Below, piece after piece: positions 12,426 to 26,855 of a stretch of 64,000 nt of DNA. Every line of letters starts with the position of its first letter. Position 1 is the first letter of the stretch. Source of the DNA: Octopus sinensis (Eukaryota). Position numbers and translations under genes: made by a program. The stretch is from NCBI RefSeq assembly GCF_006345805.1, contig NC_042998.1:29078001-29142000 (forward strand), in the 5' to 3' direction. The notes under the pieces were generated by a model. It worked only from the letters and a program-made list of their open reading frames with translations. It had not been told where the DNA came from and did not search any database.

Positions 12426-13951
12426 AGATGATATCGATATATAATATAAACCTGTTTTGTAGAACTTATCCATTTGTATTAGATAAACAGAGAAACTAAA
12501 CTATCCTTTAAAGTTATTATGTGAATATAAAGATTAGCAGTTCATTGGCTTAAATCCAAAATATATAGAAACAAATAACACTGTAACACCATAGGAGTGT
12601 AAATAAAAGTGGAAATCAAAACCTGGGAGTGAATTTTATTTGCCAATAAATTATCAGCATGCTACATTATATATAATAGACAAGAAACATTCTGTCATGA
12701 TCCAACTTAAGATTTATATATTTTTAATGGTTTCAAGGTAGTTATCTATTTTATTCATATGCAAATATAATTAATGCTGCCAATTACCTCTTAATGAATA
12801 GAAAGTATTTAAAGAATGGAAAATTGAAATATAGAATTGAAAATATTTTGGTGTTTTTACTGAGTGCTTAAACAGTTGCGTGCATGTGTGCATGAATAAT
12901 TTTCAAATAACAAAAAAGAAAAAAAAAATGAATCTGACTCCATTTAAAGACTTAACCCTTCACAACAAACAGTTTTATCACTCTTTGCATGTCAAAAAGC
13001 AATAAAGTTAGCATGGATCTAATTATTAAAACGAGCATCTGATTAGCTAAAATAATCTCAGCAATAACAACAACAATTCAATTTGAACAAATAATTATGT
13101 GGAATTTTATATTCAGGCCATCAGTTTGACTTATTCTAATTTCTGAACAAGTTATTATAGTCAGTAACTTAGAAAAGTGTGGAAAAAAAGAAAAGAAAAG
13201 AATAAGTAAGCTGTTTTTTCAGTTAAGAATGTTATTTCTGTTTGTTACAATTTTGAGTTAAAGTAGCTCAAATGATCATTTAATTAAACACTTTTTATAC
13301 AGGAATGATAAGCTGGAAAACTTGTAACTTTGCGTAAATATTACTTGAATATTGAATTTGAAATTTTGTACAGAAAATTAGCTGAAATGTAAATAATTTT
13401 CATTGCATAATTTAGGCATAATTTTGCAAGAGAATATTTAGCATATAAACCTTTTGGGTGAATAAGGAAGGAAGGAAGAAAGAAAAAAAAGACAGTAAAA
13501 AAAGGTTTAAATTTTAATCAGACTGATTAGGGATGAAACATTTAGGCATTTAGCCAAAGATATCAACGGTTAATGAAATGGTACAACATATTGTATTGGA
13601 TTAATAATTAATCTTAAATTGAAAACCAAACAAAAACATAAAAATAGGCTAATATTAAATTGAATTCGGGTTATAATGTAAACAGATAAAATACATTAAC
13701 AACTTAAATAGGTTTATCACAAGAGAACAAATCAATATTTTAGACTTTAGATTTAAACCTGTTCATTCAAATATCTATTTTGTTGCAAAATACATTATTT
13801 TTATTTATATCTGCTCCATGCTGTGCTGGATGTCTTCAGATGATTTCAGTAATATATTAGGTTTCCTGTGAGAAGAGATTGGTAGTCTTCCTCACCCTTG
13901 GTTCTATTTCTGGGAAAGGTGTCATTGTGAGCAGTCTCCTGTGGTCTCTTA

Positions 13952-14180
13952 TTTCTTTATTGCCCACAAGGGGCTAAACATAGATGGGATATACAAGGAC
14001 AGTCAAAAGGATTAAGTCGATTACATCGACCCCAGGGCATAAGTGGTGCTTAATTTATCGACCCCGAAAGGATGAAAGGCAAAGTCAACCTCGGCGGAAT
14101 TTGAACTCAGAAAGTAACGGCAGACGAAATACCACTAAGCATTTTGCCCGGCGTGCTAACGTTTCTGCCAGTTCGTTGCC
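13952..14180 (-). mobile_element. SINE family A, tail type A2, full length
   Basis: TSD ctgtggtctctta at 13939-13951 and 14183-14195. Confidence 0.92.
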
Positions 14181-15764
14181 TTCTGTGGTCTCTTACAGCA
14201 CAACATAGCTAATTCCAAGAGAAAGATAGGGAGTGGGAAGGGGGCAGATAATTGAACCTCACTGCTTGAGTTTTACTATTGACCTTAGAGCTATGAAATG
14301 TAAAGGTGAAATCAGGGACCAAAGTGCTAGGACAAATACTGTAAGCCATTTCATCCACTGACCTAATGACACTGCTAATTTACTGCCTGAAGCTATGAAT
14401 AAGTTAGTGAATCAAGACTTAATATAATTAGTTCACAATATAAATACTATCTCCTTGCTGTGATGTATAAATTCACATTAAGAGTGGAGTTGACTTGTGG
14501 TTGCAGATAGGTTGTCATTAGGAATAAAAATGTAGACTACACTGAATGTGTTTACCAGATTCAAAATCAATTATGATTTAATGGAAGTGGTTCTGAGTGA
14601 ATATTAAAATTATTATATAAACTTAATTTACTTAGAACTTACTTTGGTACTATTAGAACTAAACAAAGTCAAACAATCGCAAATGCACTGAAAAAGATAG
14701 GCAATCATCAGGTGATTAAGGCAGCTAATCAAATGAAGAATGATGAGATTATATTTAATAATAATTATCACTGTTTTGTATCTTAGCCAACATAATTAAC
14801 ACTTCCAGTAGAATAAGGAAATATGAGAAAGCATATTAGTGAAGCATTAAGTCTGCTAGGCAGTATTATGTATTTTGGAAGAATTCCAGGATTAGATCTG
14901 AGGAAGCAATGTATGTAGTACCCTTCAATGGCCCACCAAAAATTTGCAAAAAGAATGCTTTTGGTGGGCCAAGTTGGCAATCTGATTGAGATTTCTGATT
15001 CCATTGAATGCACTTTATTCTGTAATGGCTCTTTAAGAAAACATGTATCATACAATCTCATTTCCTTTATTGTAAATCTGGTACATTAAATTTAAAGAAA
15101 TAATCAGCAGATTATGTTTGAGAAAAATATTATTTAATAAAATATATAAGAAATAATGTAATGAGATCAGTTTAGAGATGTTTTCCCCCCAAAACCTTAT
15201 AATCAAATTTTAAATAAGTTTATGCAAAAAATTATATTGTAATGGGTATTTTATTAGTTTTGGTAAATTTTATCAAATCAGAGTTCATAATAATTCCTTT
15301 CCATATTAAAAAATATTATTTCTCACCTTTATGATCTAATTTATATGATCTAATTATCAAGGAAGTCAGAATTTTTGAGACAGAAAATAGCATTATAAAT
15401 GTTCATCCTTGGAAAAATAGTTATCATTTAATATATATGTTTAAAATCGAATTAACTTTTAAATTTGTATTAAAGTGTTTTCTATCTTGTTATTTTTGGA
15501 ATGGTTGTCAAAATGTTTTTATTAAATTAATTTAGTTGTAGTCTTGTTTAAAACATAGTCCATAGAAATAGAATGGAATATAATTTCCCAGTCTTCCATA
15601 AAGATACGACATAAAAAAAACAGGTTTAGATAAATGTACAGCTAAAATATTTTTGTTTTTATTTTAATGAAATTGTAATGTTGAGTTGAAAGTATTTATT
15701 CTTAGAATTTAATACTGTTACTCATATTTACTAAATATGATATCTATATATATATATATTTTAA

Positions 15765-17667
15765 CCCTTTTCCTAATGAAAGTGGTACATATCAAATTTA
15801 TAATAACTAAAGATATTACTTCTATATCCTCTTTGAAAATGTATTAATGTTATTAACTAAACGAAGCAGGACTTCAGTTTTTTAAATGTCATTATATTTG
15901 TTAAGACATGATAAGTATTATTAAAACATAAAAGCATTATCACTAGATGTCTGGTAAAAAGAACCTACTATATTAGTAGATATGTAACTAAGAGAAGAAT
16001 TTTTGTATTGCTCATGACTATAGAATTAGCAGCATGGAAAAAATTTGGTTATTTCTTTTTCTCTTTGTATTTTCAACTCAGATTTTAAATATTCCTAAAA
16101 TTATTTCTGAATCACAAATTTAATGTAAAGAAAAATATCAAATACCCTTAATTAGATAAATTTAGTTTTCTGCTACTAAGGACAAACTAAAATTTACAAG
16201 TATCAAAACAAAGCAGACACCATACTTTAAACCATTAAGTCTCACTGTCCTATAAATAGGACAGCGAGTACTTCCATTTCTACTTAAAGTAAAAGAGCTT
16301 TAATAATTATTTTTTTCATTTAAACATTTCAATCATCTGTAAAAGTTTAAAAGTAATATTCAGTTATTTAAGTCCTCTGGGACTTAATGGGTTAATGTGA
16401 AAGAGTATATAAGGAAAAAAGGGAAATTTAAAAAAATTCCATCTATTATTATGATTGACTTTATTTTCAATTGTTGGAAATAAATGAGGATTCTTTTGAA
16501 TGTAATTCAAGAAAACTACTTAAGATTTTGCTAGAAAATGCTGAACCTTTCTCAAGTCATACTTGTTGTCTCTTAAAAATGATAGCTCCAACCTTGGTAG
16601 ACTGTGCCCTAAAGATGGGATGATCATCATCATTGGAGTGCTTTTGGTAATATCTGCTCAATTTAGGTTGTCCTGGTGTTAAACAATGACAGTTCTACTC
16701 TCCAGCTTTGCTATCAGCTGCTTGTTGATGTAAAGTGTCTAATTTTTAATTATTTTAAATACATATTAATTTGATCACAAGCAGTTTCAATATGATAATT
16801 AGATAATTAGGCTACACTTGCATAGCTCTTAATAAGGCAATGTATTTATATATCTTTTAAAAAACACATGTCAAAACAGACACAGTAGCCTGGTTGACTC
16901 CTGTGAAACTGTCCAACCTATGCCAGCATGGAGGATGGATGTTAAATGATGATCATTCAGTATTGTCCCATATATTGACATAAAACCATAAGACATTCCG
17001 AGAGAAGTGCAGTCGGTTTAAGTAATACTATTAACAACTTTAGCTCATTTTCTCCAATTTCAATAATCATTAATTAGCAATTTTAATTTATACAATGTTG
17101 CATAGCTTTACTATTTAGTATTCAGATTTAAAAAGTTTTACAAAAATATTTCCAGAGTTTGAAATTTCCTCATTATTTACCTCATATTTCATATTTCTAT
17201 ATTCTGCATTATTCATTAATTAATCTATTCTTTGATTGCTTATTAACACAGCCAGGGAATATACTATTTTAATTATAGTGTGAAATAAATAGATATGCAA
17301 TAAAAGGTTGTTTTTATTTTAAAAATGTAAAGATGTGAAATAATTAGCCACAGAGGTTTAAATGAATTTATTTGATTATTAAGGTTTGCAAAGTTTAAAT
17401 GGTCCTGGTGGTTTTCTTTTATTGGTGGAACATATTGTTTCACTGCAAGATAACTTTCTCATTGCTAACTTCTTAACAATGATGTAATAAGGAAATGAAT
17501 TACAGTGTTTCAGCTATTTTAAACTGAAGTTAGACTTATCAAAAGTTTTGTACAATGGAAGTCCTGCTTCGTTTAGTTAATAACATTAATACACTTTCAA
17601 AGAGGATATAGAAGTAATGTCTTAGTTATTATAAATTTGATATGTACCACTTTCATTAGGAAAAGGG
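15765..17667. mobile_element. piggyBac-type non-autonomous element or inverted duplication with ~110-bp inverted arms
   Basis: TTAA|CCCTTTTCC (15761) ... GGAAAAGGG|TTAA (17671). Arms 15765-15875 and 17558-17667 differ at about 3 positions. Confidence 0.65.
16231..16391. mobile_element. Small piggyBac-type MITE nested in the larger element
   Basis: TTAA|ACCATTAAGTCTC ... GGGACTTAATGGG|TTAA; internal hairpin ctgtcctat-aa-ataggacag. Confidence 0.6.
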
Positions 17668-17865
17668 TTAAAATATATATATATCATGGAATTATGAACA
17701 ATATATCCAGTACATTCACCACTTGAATTTTTTTGTCTCAGTTCTAATATCGTAATTGAAGCCATATTTAATTTATAAAAGTTGATCTCTAACTGGGGAG
17801 GGAACCTGTGGTTGAGGTAGACCTAGAAAGATATGGGATGAGGTGGTGTAACATGATCTTCAAAC

Positions 17866-18497
17866 TTTGAGCGTCACAGAGGCAATGACTAGCAACCAAG
17901 ATCTTTGGTTATATGCTGTGCTTGAGAAGACCTGTCAAGCCAAGTGAAATCATAGTTGTGCCTGATGCTGGTGTTGTGTAACTGGCACTTGTGCTGGTGG
18001 TGCATAAAGAGCACCTTTCAAACGTTGGGTCTCACAGAGGCAAAGTCACTGAGTTCCTTTCAAGCATTTGGCCTCCCGGAGTCAAGATCCTTTCAGGCAT
18101 TGAGCCTCACAGAGACAAAGTGGCTGAATTCCTTTCAAGCATTGGGCTTCATGGAGGTAAAGGGACTGAGTTCCTTTCAAGCATTGGGCTTTATGGAGGC
18201 AAAGGGGCTGAGTTCCTTTTGAGCATTGGGCCGCACGGAGGCAATGGATAAGACCTTTGGCATTATGCTGTGCTTGAGAAGAAGACCCATCAAGCAGAGC
18301 AAAAATCGCAGTTGTGGTAGATATGGATGTCACATAAAAGTACCCATTACACTCTCGGAGTGGTTGGCATTAGGAAGGGCATCCAGCCATAGAAAACCAT
18401 GCCAAATCAGACTGGAGCCTGGTGCAGCCTTCCAGCCTTGGTCAAACCATCCAACCCATGCCAGCATGGACAATGGATGTTAAATGATGATGATGAT
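17866..18497 (+). mobile_element. Family C retroposon with internal duplication and 42-bp minisatellite, (GAT)n tail
   Basis: 3' end matches 10294-10610 (inverted); 'ctttggyattatgctgtgcttgagaaga' occurs twice, flanking the minisatellite. Confidence 0.75.
18015..18245. repeat. 42-bp minisatellite, about 5 degenerate units
   Basis: Unit ~gaggcaaagggactgagttcctttcaagcattgggctttatg; explains the periodic LSSFQALGFMEAKG ORF. Confidence 0.85.
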
Positions 18498-18955
18498 CTT
18501 ATTCTATCATTAATTCATTTAAAGTAATCCCTACTTTTAAGAAAAATTTGGCATTTGACTGGGTCCGGTATAAAGTTTTGTACTGAAGTACATAAAGTAA
18601 ATAGGTTTGAAAATAATGTTGGTATTTCTTTCATTATATATGGAAGGAGGAATGACAACAATAAAACTGATGAAATTTGAAAGTAAAATGTTTAGTCTAG
18701 TATTAAGTATATTCTTTTAAGCATTTCTACCTCATCAATAATTGGTGACAAATTCAATACCGTAAGATGGGTATGAATAAAATTCCAAAAATATATATTT
18801 ATTATTTTCGATAGATTTCCATTATAGCATGTATGTGTGCAGCATTAGAAATCATTAAATCCTCTTTCACTACATCTGCCATACACAGTTCTGTATTTGT
18901 GAGATGAGGAATTATTTACATTTGATGGATATTTGTCCTCATCTTGTTCATTGAT

Positions 18956-19002
18956 AACACAACGTTTCAGCTGAAACATTGTGTTAGCCTTCATCAGGTG
19001 TC
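18956..19002 (-). ncRNA. Minimal type-I hammerhead ribozyme motif (core intact)
   Basis: GACAC CUGAUGA A GGCU-loop-AGCU GAA ACGU U GUGUU: stem I, full catalytic core, stem II, loop-less palindromic stem III, GUU cleavage triplet. Activity not tested. Confidence 0.65.
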
Positions 19003-19268
19003 CTGGGGGAGGGGGTTCGAACCTGGGTTCTCATTCCTAAGGTATTTTTCGATATTATTATTATTATTATTCAAGTCACTGCCTGAAATCTTGGGGTTAG
19101 TAGCCTGTGCTCTTAATGCCATATGCCCATGGGCATATTGCGTAGTGGTTAAGAGTGTGGGCTACTAACCGCAAGATTCCGAGTTCGATTCCAGGCAGTA
19201 ACTTGAATAGCAACATCGAAAAATATCTTAGGAATGAGAACCCAGGTTCGAAATTCCCATTCACCCAG

Positions 19269-19314
19269 GACACCTGATGAAGGCTGGAGAGTACATCAGC
19301 TAAAACGTTGTGCT
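19269..19314 (+). ncRNA. Minimal hammerhead motif, probably inactivated (G12>A at 19302)
   Basis: GACAC CUGAUGA A GGCUG-10nt-CAGCU AAA ACGU U GUGCU. Confidence 0.55.
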
Positions 19315-19759
19315 AACAACAAACAAGATGAGGACAAATGTCCGTCAAATGTAACTGATGTATCTGCCATACAATTGAAAATATAAAATTACCAAAATTA
19401 TAAATTGCAGAAAACATATTTGTTAATATATTCTTGTCTAAGAATCATTAGACATTTTCTTTTTAGTAACGATTTATTCACTACAAGGTAGAATGATTTT
19501 CTAAATAACAGAATCTTCACTTTGTAATATTAAGTTTGAAAATGTATTCTTGCATTCTTAATGTAATACATCAAATTGTTAGTAATGATATAAAGTAGAC
19601 ACAATATCAATAAAAATTGCTATACAAACTATTGTAATGGAATAATTCCTTGAATTTTCTAAATTATTACAGCTTTATAGTTTGTTAATTTACTTTGAGA
19701 TTGTTACCACTTTTAAAGCAGTATCAATCTTGATCAAATATGACCTAAGTTCATATCTA

Positions 19760-20139
19760 TTTTACTCTTTTACTTGTTTCAGTCATTTGACTGTGGCCAT
19801 GCTAGAGCACCGCCTTTAGTCGAGCACATCGACCCCAGGATTTATTCTTTGTAAGCCTAGTACTTATTCTATTGGTATCTTTTGCCGAACCACTAAGTTA
19901 CGGGGATGTAAACACACCAGCATTGGGGGGACAAACACAGATGCACAAACATATACATACATATATATATATACACGACGGGCTTCTTTCAGTTTCTGTC
20001 TACCAAATCAACTCACAAGGCTTTGGTCAGCCTGAGGCTATAGTAGAAGACACTTGCCCAAGCTGCCATGCAGTGGAACTGAACCCGAAACCATGTAGTT
20101 CGTAAGCAAGCTACTTACTACACGGCCACTCCTACGCCT
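19760..20139 (-). mobile_element. SINE family B
   Basis: Colinear with the other B copies. Confidence 0.9.
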
Positions 20140-21699
20140 ATGATTGATACTTCTTTAAAATCTCTTTACTCTTTCTTTTGGCAGTTGCAACACAAATTGT
20201 GTATGTGATTTGACAGTTAATGAAACAAAATCCTTACTAAAGTTCTATATATGTTTGTTGAAAATTACATATTCTGATCTATTTGGTGTACATAAGGGGA
20301 ATAAGACAATTACCAGGTGTACATAATTTGATAGATGTTATATGGGAGGAGAAATCAGATACTGTGATATTGTATTTTCCAAGATAATTAGTGTAAATAA
20401 GATTTTGAAGGTGAGAAGGATATTACTGTGGTTATTTGATAAGGATTTAGACTTTACCAAATATAGTGAATTAAGGAAAGCTAATAGTATTCTTTGAATG
20501 AAAAAAATACTCTTTTTGGTGATGAGTAAAAACTATATATTCTTATACTCTAAGACAATGAAATACAAGATCAAACAGGAAAATATCGAGTACTACATGT
20601 CATGAATGATAGATTTTATGGGAAAATTTTCAAATAAAATGATATGCTAAACTTGAATTACTTCTAATAACTAATTCTAATTAGCGAATAGACATACATT
20701 GACAAAACAATGATAGATGAAGTCAAATCCAATGAATAAGAGAGCAGAAATCACCTCATGTAAACTGAAAGTTTAGCAAGTGGATATTTTCCAAGTTAAA
20801 AACAATTAAACAGTTCTAAAACTTATTTGAGTAAAACTGAAAGCAAAAAATGATACATAAATCTCTTCTTTTGTACTTATTTAAAAAGATTTGAACTCAG
20901 AATGAAAAGCAGTAAAGCAAAATATTTTATAGAATTTATCCAAGTGTGTTATCTTTTCTAATTCTTTGTCATTCCATTCTGGATTAATATTCCTTAATTA
21001 CTTCATCTTATGACTTTAAAATAATTTGATTTGATCAATTCCTTAATGGCTGTAGCTAATATTAGCAATTTGACAATTTCTGGTAATTTATCATTTTGCA
21101 CTGTAGCTAATTATTTTAGTAGTATTGGCTAATAAAAATGTGTATGATTAGCTAAGAGTTTTGATTAGCTACAGATGATATTTTGGATAATACATTTAAA
21201 TCTAATACTATGACCGAGAGGCAAAAAGCTTCGTATATTATCTATCGTGATATGATTTTTCATGCACTTCAGTCTGAATGTTGGTAGCGATTATAATTAG
21301 CTGCTCCAATTCAATTGCATTCAAACTACAATGAAACCTTCCATTATTCTTTGTGTCATTAATTACTTGTGTCTTCAGCAGCTGTGTAATAATTAAATGT
21401 CTTAGTAACACTTCTTGCTAAAATAATTTTACTTGCTATGGAATTAACATTACAAAATGATAAATATCCAAATATTTAAGATTCTGTTTGCTGTGAAGTG
21501 AAGACTGATGTCTACTGCTTACTACGCTATTCTCATTCTGCATTTCCTATGGGTGTATATTTCTAGTATATTGTTGATAGGCTGACTGTATGAAAGACAT
21601 TCAGTGATAAAACTTACAGCCAACAATTCATGCAAATGAATTCTTGAAACATTCATATCATGTATGGTCATGTAGGATATTATGTGTACATGCACAACG

Positions 21700-22150
<451 letters not shown>

Positions 22151-23809
22151 TCTTATGCACACAAACAAATAACCTAATTGAGTTTTATTTATTTTTATCT
22201 TTTGATCAATTGTTAAATATAATTGGATTTATTTTATCAAATTGCGTGATGGGTCAAATACTTCATGAGCTGAATATCAAATTCCTTATGTTCAATTCTG
22301 AAGTCTTCTGGTCCCTAAGTAAATATTAAGGTTGATTTTCATTCCACCTCATTATTTTCAAACCATTGTATTTCTATATTTGTTGTTTAGTATTGAACCT
22401 GTTTCTAGAATTATGGTGTTTGTATTTCAGCACTCCTTGAAGTAACACAGTTGGGATTCTGGCTTTACCTACCATTCACCAGTTCTTACATAAAAAAAGC
22501 AATGTTTTATGTGAGGCACCAACAAGATGTTTCAAAGTCAGAACAATCTGGCTTTAGCACTGATGTTATTTTTTTTATTTTGAATTTTTATTTATTTGAT
22601 TTTTTCGTTACTCCATTTAAAAATGTGGATGTATGCATACAAACCGAGTTAGTTGTCTAGAAGTAGAGCTTATCAGTGTCAATGTATGTGACCCTTCCAC
22701 TGCACACATACACATACCTGCCTAATTATCGGAGATGGCAACTTCTTTGTGACCTGCCACTAACTGTTGTCCAATTGAAAAACAACTAAGCATGTAATTG
22801 TATCTCTCCCCCCAAATATTTTATTTATGAAGCCATTCTCCAATATCACTTCGAATCAATTTCTTTCTTTTAATTTAAAAGTTATTTTTACATGTGGTTG
22901 TATATTTTAAAAGTTTTAGTTAGGATAGCAATAATTTATTTTGTTTTTTAACATTATGCCTTGTTACTAGATCAAATAATATTCATACAAAAATGTCCAT
23001 CTGTAAAACATCACACAGCATATCATTACGATGAAATGCATACATTAAGCACAACCCCCACCTCTTTCCTGTCTTTAACGTAAAAGGTTGACAGTGGTAA
23101 TCACAGCGTCACTGAAAGCCTGATACGTGAGGCAACCAAATAACAAACAAAAGTAATTAACTATTTCCTATCAACAGCAATAACGAGATTGAAGAAATAA
23201 CGAAGACGGAATTATATTTATATAAATTATGTTGATATACAAAGAGATATTAGGAAACCTTGCTCTCTCTCTCTCTCCTCTTTCTCTCTCTCTCTCTCTC
23301 TCTCCCTCCTTCTCTCTCATTAACTGTAGAAAGGAAATAGCTGATACTTTTGAAAGATATTATTTTATTCAGACATATCTTTGTAATGAATTCTTATATT
23401 TTAAATAATTGTTTCAAGATGACAACTTGAATAACGTTAACAAATTAACACAATAATAAAAGTGAATAACACAACAGCCTGCTGAACATTTATCCACAGA
23501 TTCATAAAGATGACTTTTGATACCACCTTGTTAATAACACTTCGTACTACAGCGGCATATATAATTAACTATTAAAGAAAAAAAAGTACAGACTGTTATG
23601 ACAATGGTTTAGTAATATCTTAAAGTATAAGAGTCATCTTTGCATCTCTGAATAAGTGTTTCTCTCACATACACACATACAATGTATCTACATATACAGA
23701 TTTAAGTAGGCAATGGAGTTCATTGACATCAAAATATTAAACATTTTATGTGTAGAATATTTGTATAAGTTTGTGAGTTTCATTTTAGAATATAGAATAA
23801 TTGAACACA

Positions 23810-23857
<48 letters not shown>

Positions 23858-26855
23858 ACAATGAGGATATTTAAACCTCCTATAGGGATATTTATCCAAG
23901 ATACACTGGTTTAATATATATTTTGAAGAGCTATTTCTTCAATGAATATATTATACAAAATATCGTAAAATATCAAACATTATTATCGAGTTAGAAAGCA
24001 GAGCGATCTAATGGATACAAGCCATTAGATCTGTTTTCTAACACGATAATATATATATATATATATATATATCAAAGTATTTGTATGTGATTAATTAATA
24101 TTCTGATGCAAAAACAAATTTATACGTGTAGTCTAACCATGAAATGTAATATTTGAATATATATATGTATATATATAATGTATGTATGTATATATATATA
24201 TACTTACATATATATATATATATGTATGTATACTTACATACATATTGCACATATGTATGTCTTTCCATACTATGTATACATATTTGTGTCTATATAAATA
24301 TGTATTTGTGTATGCGTGTATATGTATGTGCATATGTATGTGTAACATTTTGTGTATATATATTTATGGTTTCAATAAAAAAAAAGCAATTTTAATCTCA
24401 TATTCATTGTATTAAACAATATCAGATCAGTAAATTTTATTCTTTTTTCTTATTTCATTTTCTTTTTGTGCGTACATGAGATCAGAGTCAAAAATGCATC
24501 TTATTGTTTCACTCATATGTTTAATTCCTCCCATTTTGTTTGTTTTGTCTTCCTATTTAACAAATGAAAACTACATATCTTTACCTTTAGCAAAATTTAG
24601 TTGTAATTACTTTTTACACTTTTTTTACCTTACACTTGTTCGGGTTTTTATTCAATTGTAAATGCATAAAAGCAAGAAAAGTAATTACAACATTAATAAA
24701 CATTAAATCATCCTTTGAAAAAATCTCAATGGGTCGATAAAATTGAATGAGGGGACTTTAGGAGATTTTAAGACAGTCTAAGCTTAAAATCTACAATTAA
24801 TGGATAAATTGTACTGAAATGAATATGTTCAATGTATCCAAAGAATGTTTGATTTGTTTAAAAAAGTAAGCAAATTTAACATTCAATATTAAAGTCCATA
24901 TATAAATATGAAATAAATAAATAAATAAAAAAGGTACTGTAGTTTCAAATGATTAAATTACATCTGTTTTTGTGGGTATGTGTGTGTATGCAAGTGTCGT
25001 TTTTTTTTATAATGAAATATATATATATGTTAAAAATTATTTAAAAAATACTTTTTTTTAAAATGAGTATTTCGTTGGATAAATTGTTTTTTTAATCATC
25101 TACTGTGAGTTCAAAGAAAAAAATAAAGAAAAAAATAAAGGTAATATAAAAAAGACCCAATTAAATGTTCATAATAGGATATATTAAAACAGCAACAATT
25201 CCTGGAAGAATTTGTGTGTTCTAAATATATAGGTATATTCTTGGGAGTATTAATTTCAAAGAATATAAATAAGCAAAAATAGAAAAAGGAAAGGTCTTTT
25301 TTAGGTGAATAGAAAAACGGATAGATTAATACATACTTAATTCTATAAATAGACTTCTTTGAAATATGAAAATTACAAAAAAGCTATATGTTCTTAAATA
25401 TTATAAGATATAAAAAAGCAGGATAAGAGAATATTTCTGGTATTTCATTTCAAGTGAGATTCTAGTTGGGAAACATGACATGAAGAGGTTATGAAGTTTT
25501 CCAATTCTTTCGATTGCTTTCATACCAAAACGTGTATATATAGAGACCAGAATTAATTATGCAAAATAAATATGAGTCAATGGAAAACAAATTTAAAACA
25601 ATTTCCTGAAAGTGAGTATAAAATTCAGTGAAAAAAAAAAAAAAAAAAATAATGAAAAAATATTTATATTTGTTTTTCTTTTTGATTTTTGATACTTGTT
25701 TTTGTTTTAAAACAAATTTACATCCTCTTACTTCCTGGTTCACTATCAAATTAGATTTTGTTTATTCTTTTTCAATTATCCTGTGACTGTATATATAATA
25801 TACATGTTATGTAAATTTATACATATGTGATATGTATATATATGAAACTTATACATCCATATGCATTTCATTTGATATTAAATTGCCCAAATCCATAGCC
25901 TTTTTAGAAATATCAAATGTAATGATGAAAAGCAGTATTAATTACAAACACAGAAACTGGTTATAATTTTTAGTTCATTATGTGTCATGTCTGATTTATC
26001 ATGTTACGGTAAAAGTAATTAATTTTGTATATCAAAGTCAGCAAAAATTAGAAAGAAAATTTGGTAATATCTGTAGCATTTAAAAAAAGTTTAAGGATAA
26101 TATTTTCAGATTCTCAAATAAGAATTACGTAAATCCATAGATATTTGTTGATATCATCAAGAATAACACATTGGTTATATTTGAGGTGTTACAATTCATA
26201 CTATATATATATGGAGTTTATGAATTACGTTCGAAGACTTCTGTGTATTAATTAAAGTATCAAATATGTCGGGTATAATATAGTTATATTGAAAGGGTCT
26301 ACTTTTGGAAGTTAAATTACCCTGATTTTTCAGTTATATAATGTACTAATTTCAAACATTTCCCCAACATTATTTCAAATTCTGATATAGTGTAGACGTC
26401 TTCAAAGGAATTGAATGCAATCTACAATTTATTTAAGTATTAAAGAATATAAACAAGTTATTAACCAGGGCTCTTTTCCATGTGAAATGCTGACTTTTGT
26501 CTGTTTTATTTTTGTTGGATTAATACAAAAAAGCTACATAATTGTATTTTGGCTTTTCCAAAGTGTCCTACATCTACATACATACGTTTATTTAATTAAG
26601 AGTAATACAAAAATTATGAAATAAAAAAATGCATTTCAAACAAATAAAAATATTGCTAAAATTATTGTACACGGTTTCTTTTTTTTTTAAATCAGAATTT
26701 TTTTATTGTCATTTTTTGACAAGTTTTTAAAACATGCAGCTCAATGAATCAGTTACGTTTACACATACCGATGCCAATAAATTCTTTTTTCAGAAAATAT
26801 AAATTTCACTGATTTATCTGATATTTTGTAAGGTTTTATTTTAAATCAAAGTAAA

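Larger units (their letters stand above)
18886..19361. mobile_element. Palindromic head-to-head tRNA-headed retroposon with Penelope-type 3' tails
   Basis: Symmetry centre ATATGCCCA|TGGGCATAT (19121-19138); arms are inverted copies; 12-bp direct repeat atctgccataca at 18874-18885 and 19362-19373. Confidence 0.85.

Noticed and set aside
14930-14970. 12-bp GC-rich stem ggcccaccaaaa/ttttggtgggcc
   Set aside because: Short isolated stem with no supporting context.
19131-19200. tRNA gene call for this and other SINE heads
   Set aside because: A and B boxes are present but no complete cloverleaf could be built; they continue into repeat bodies.
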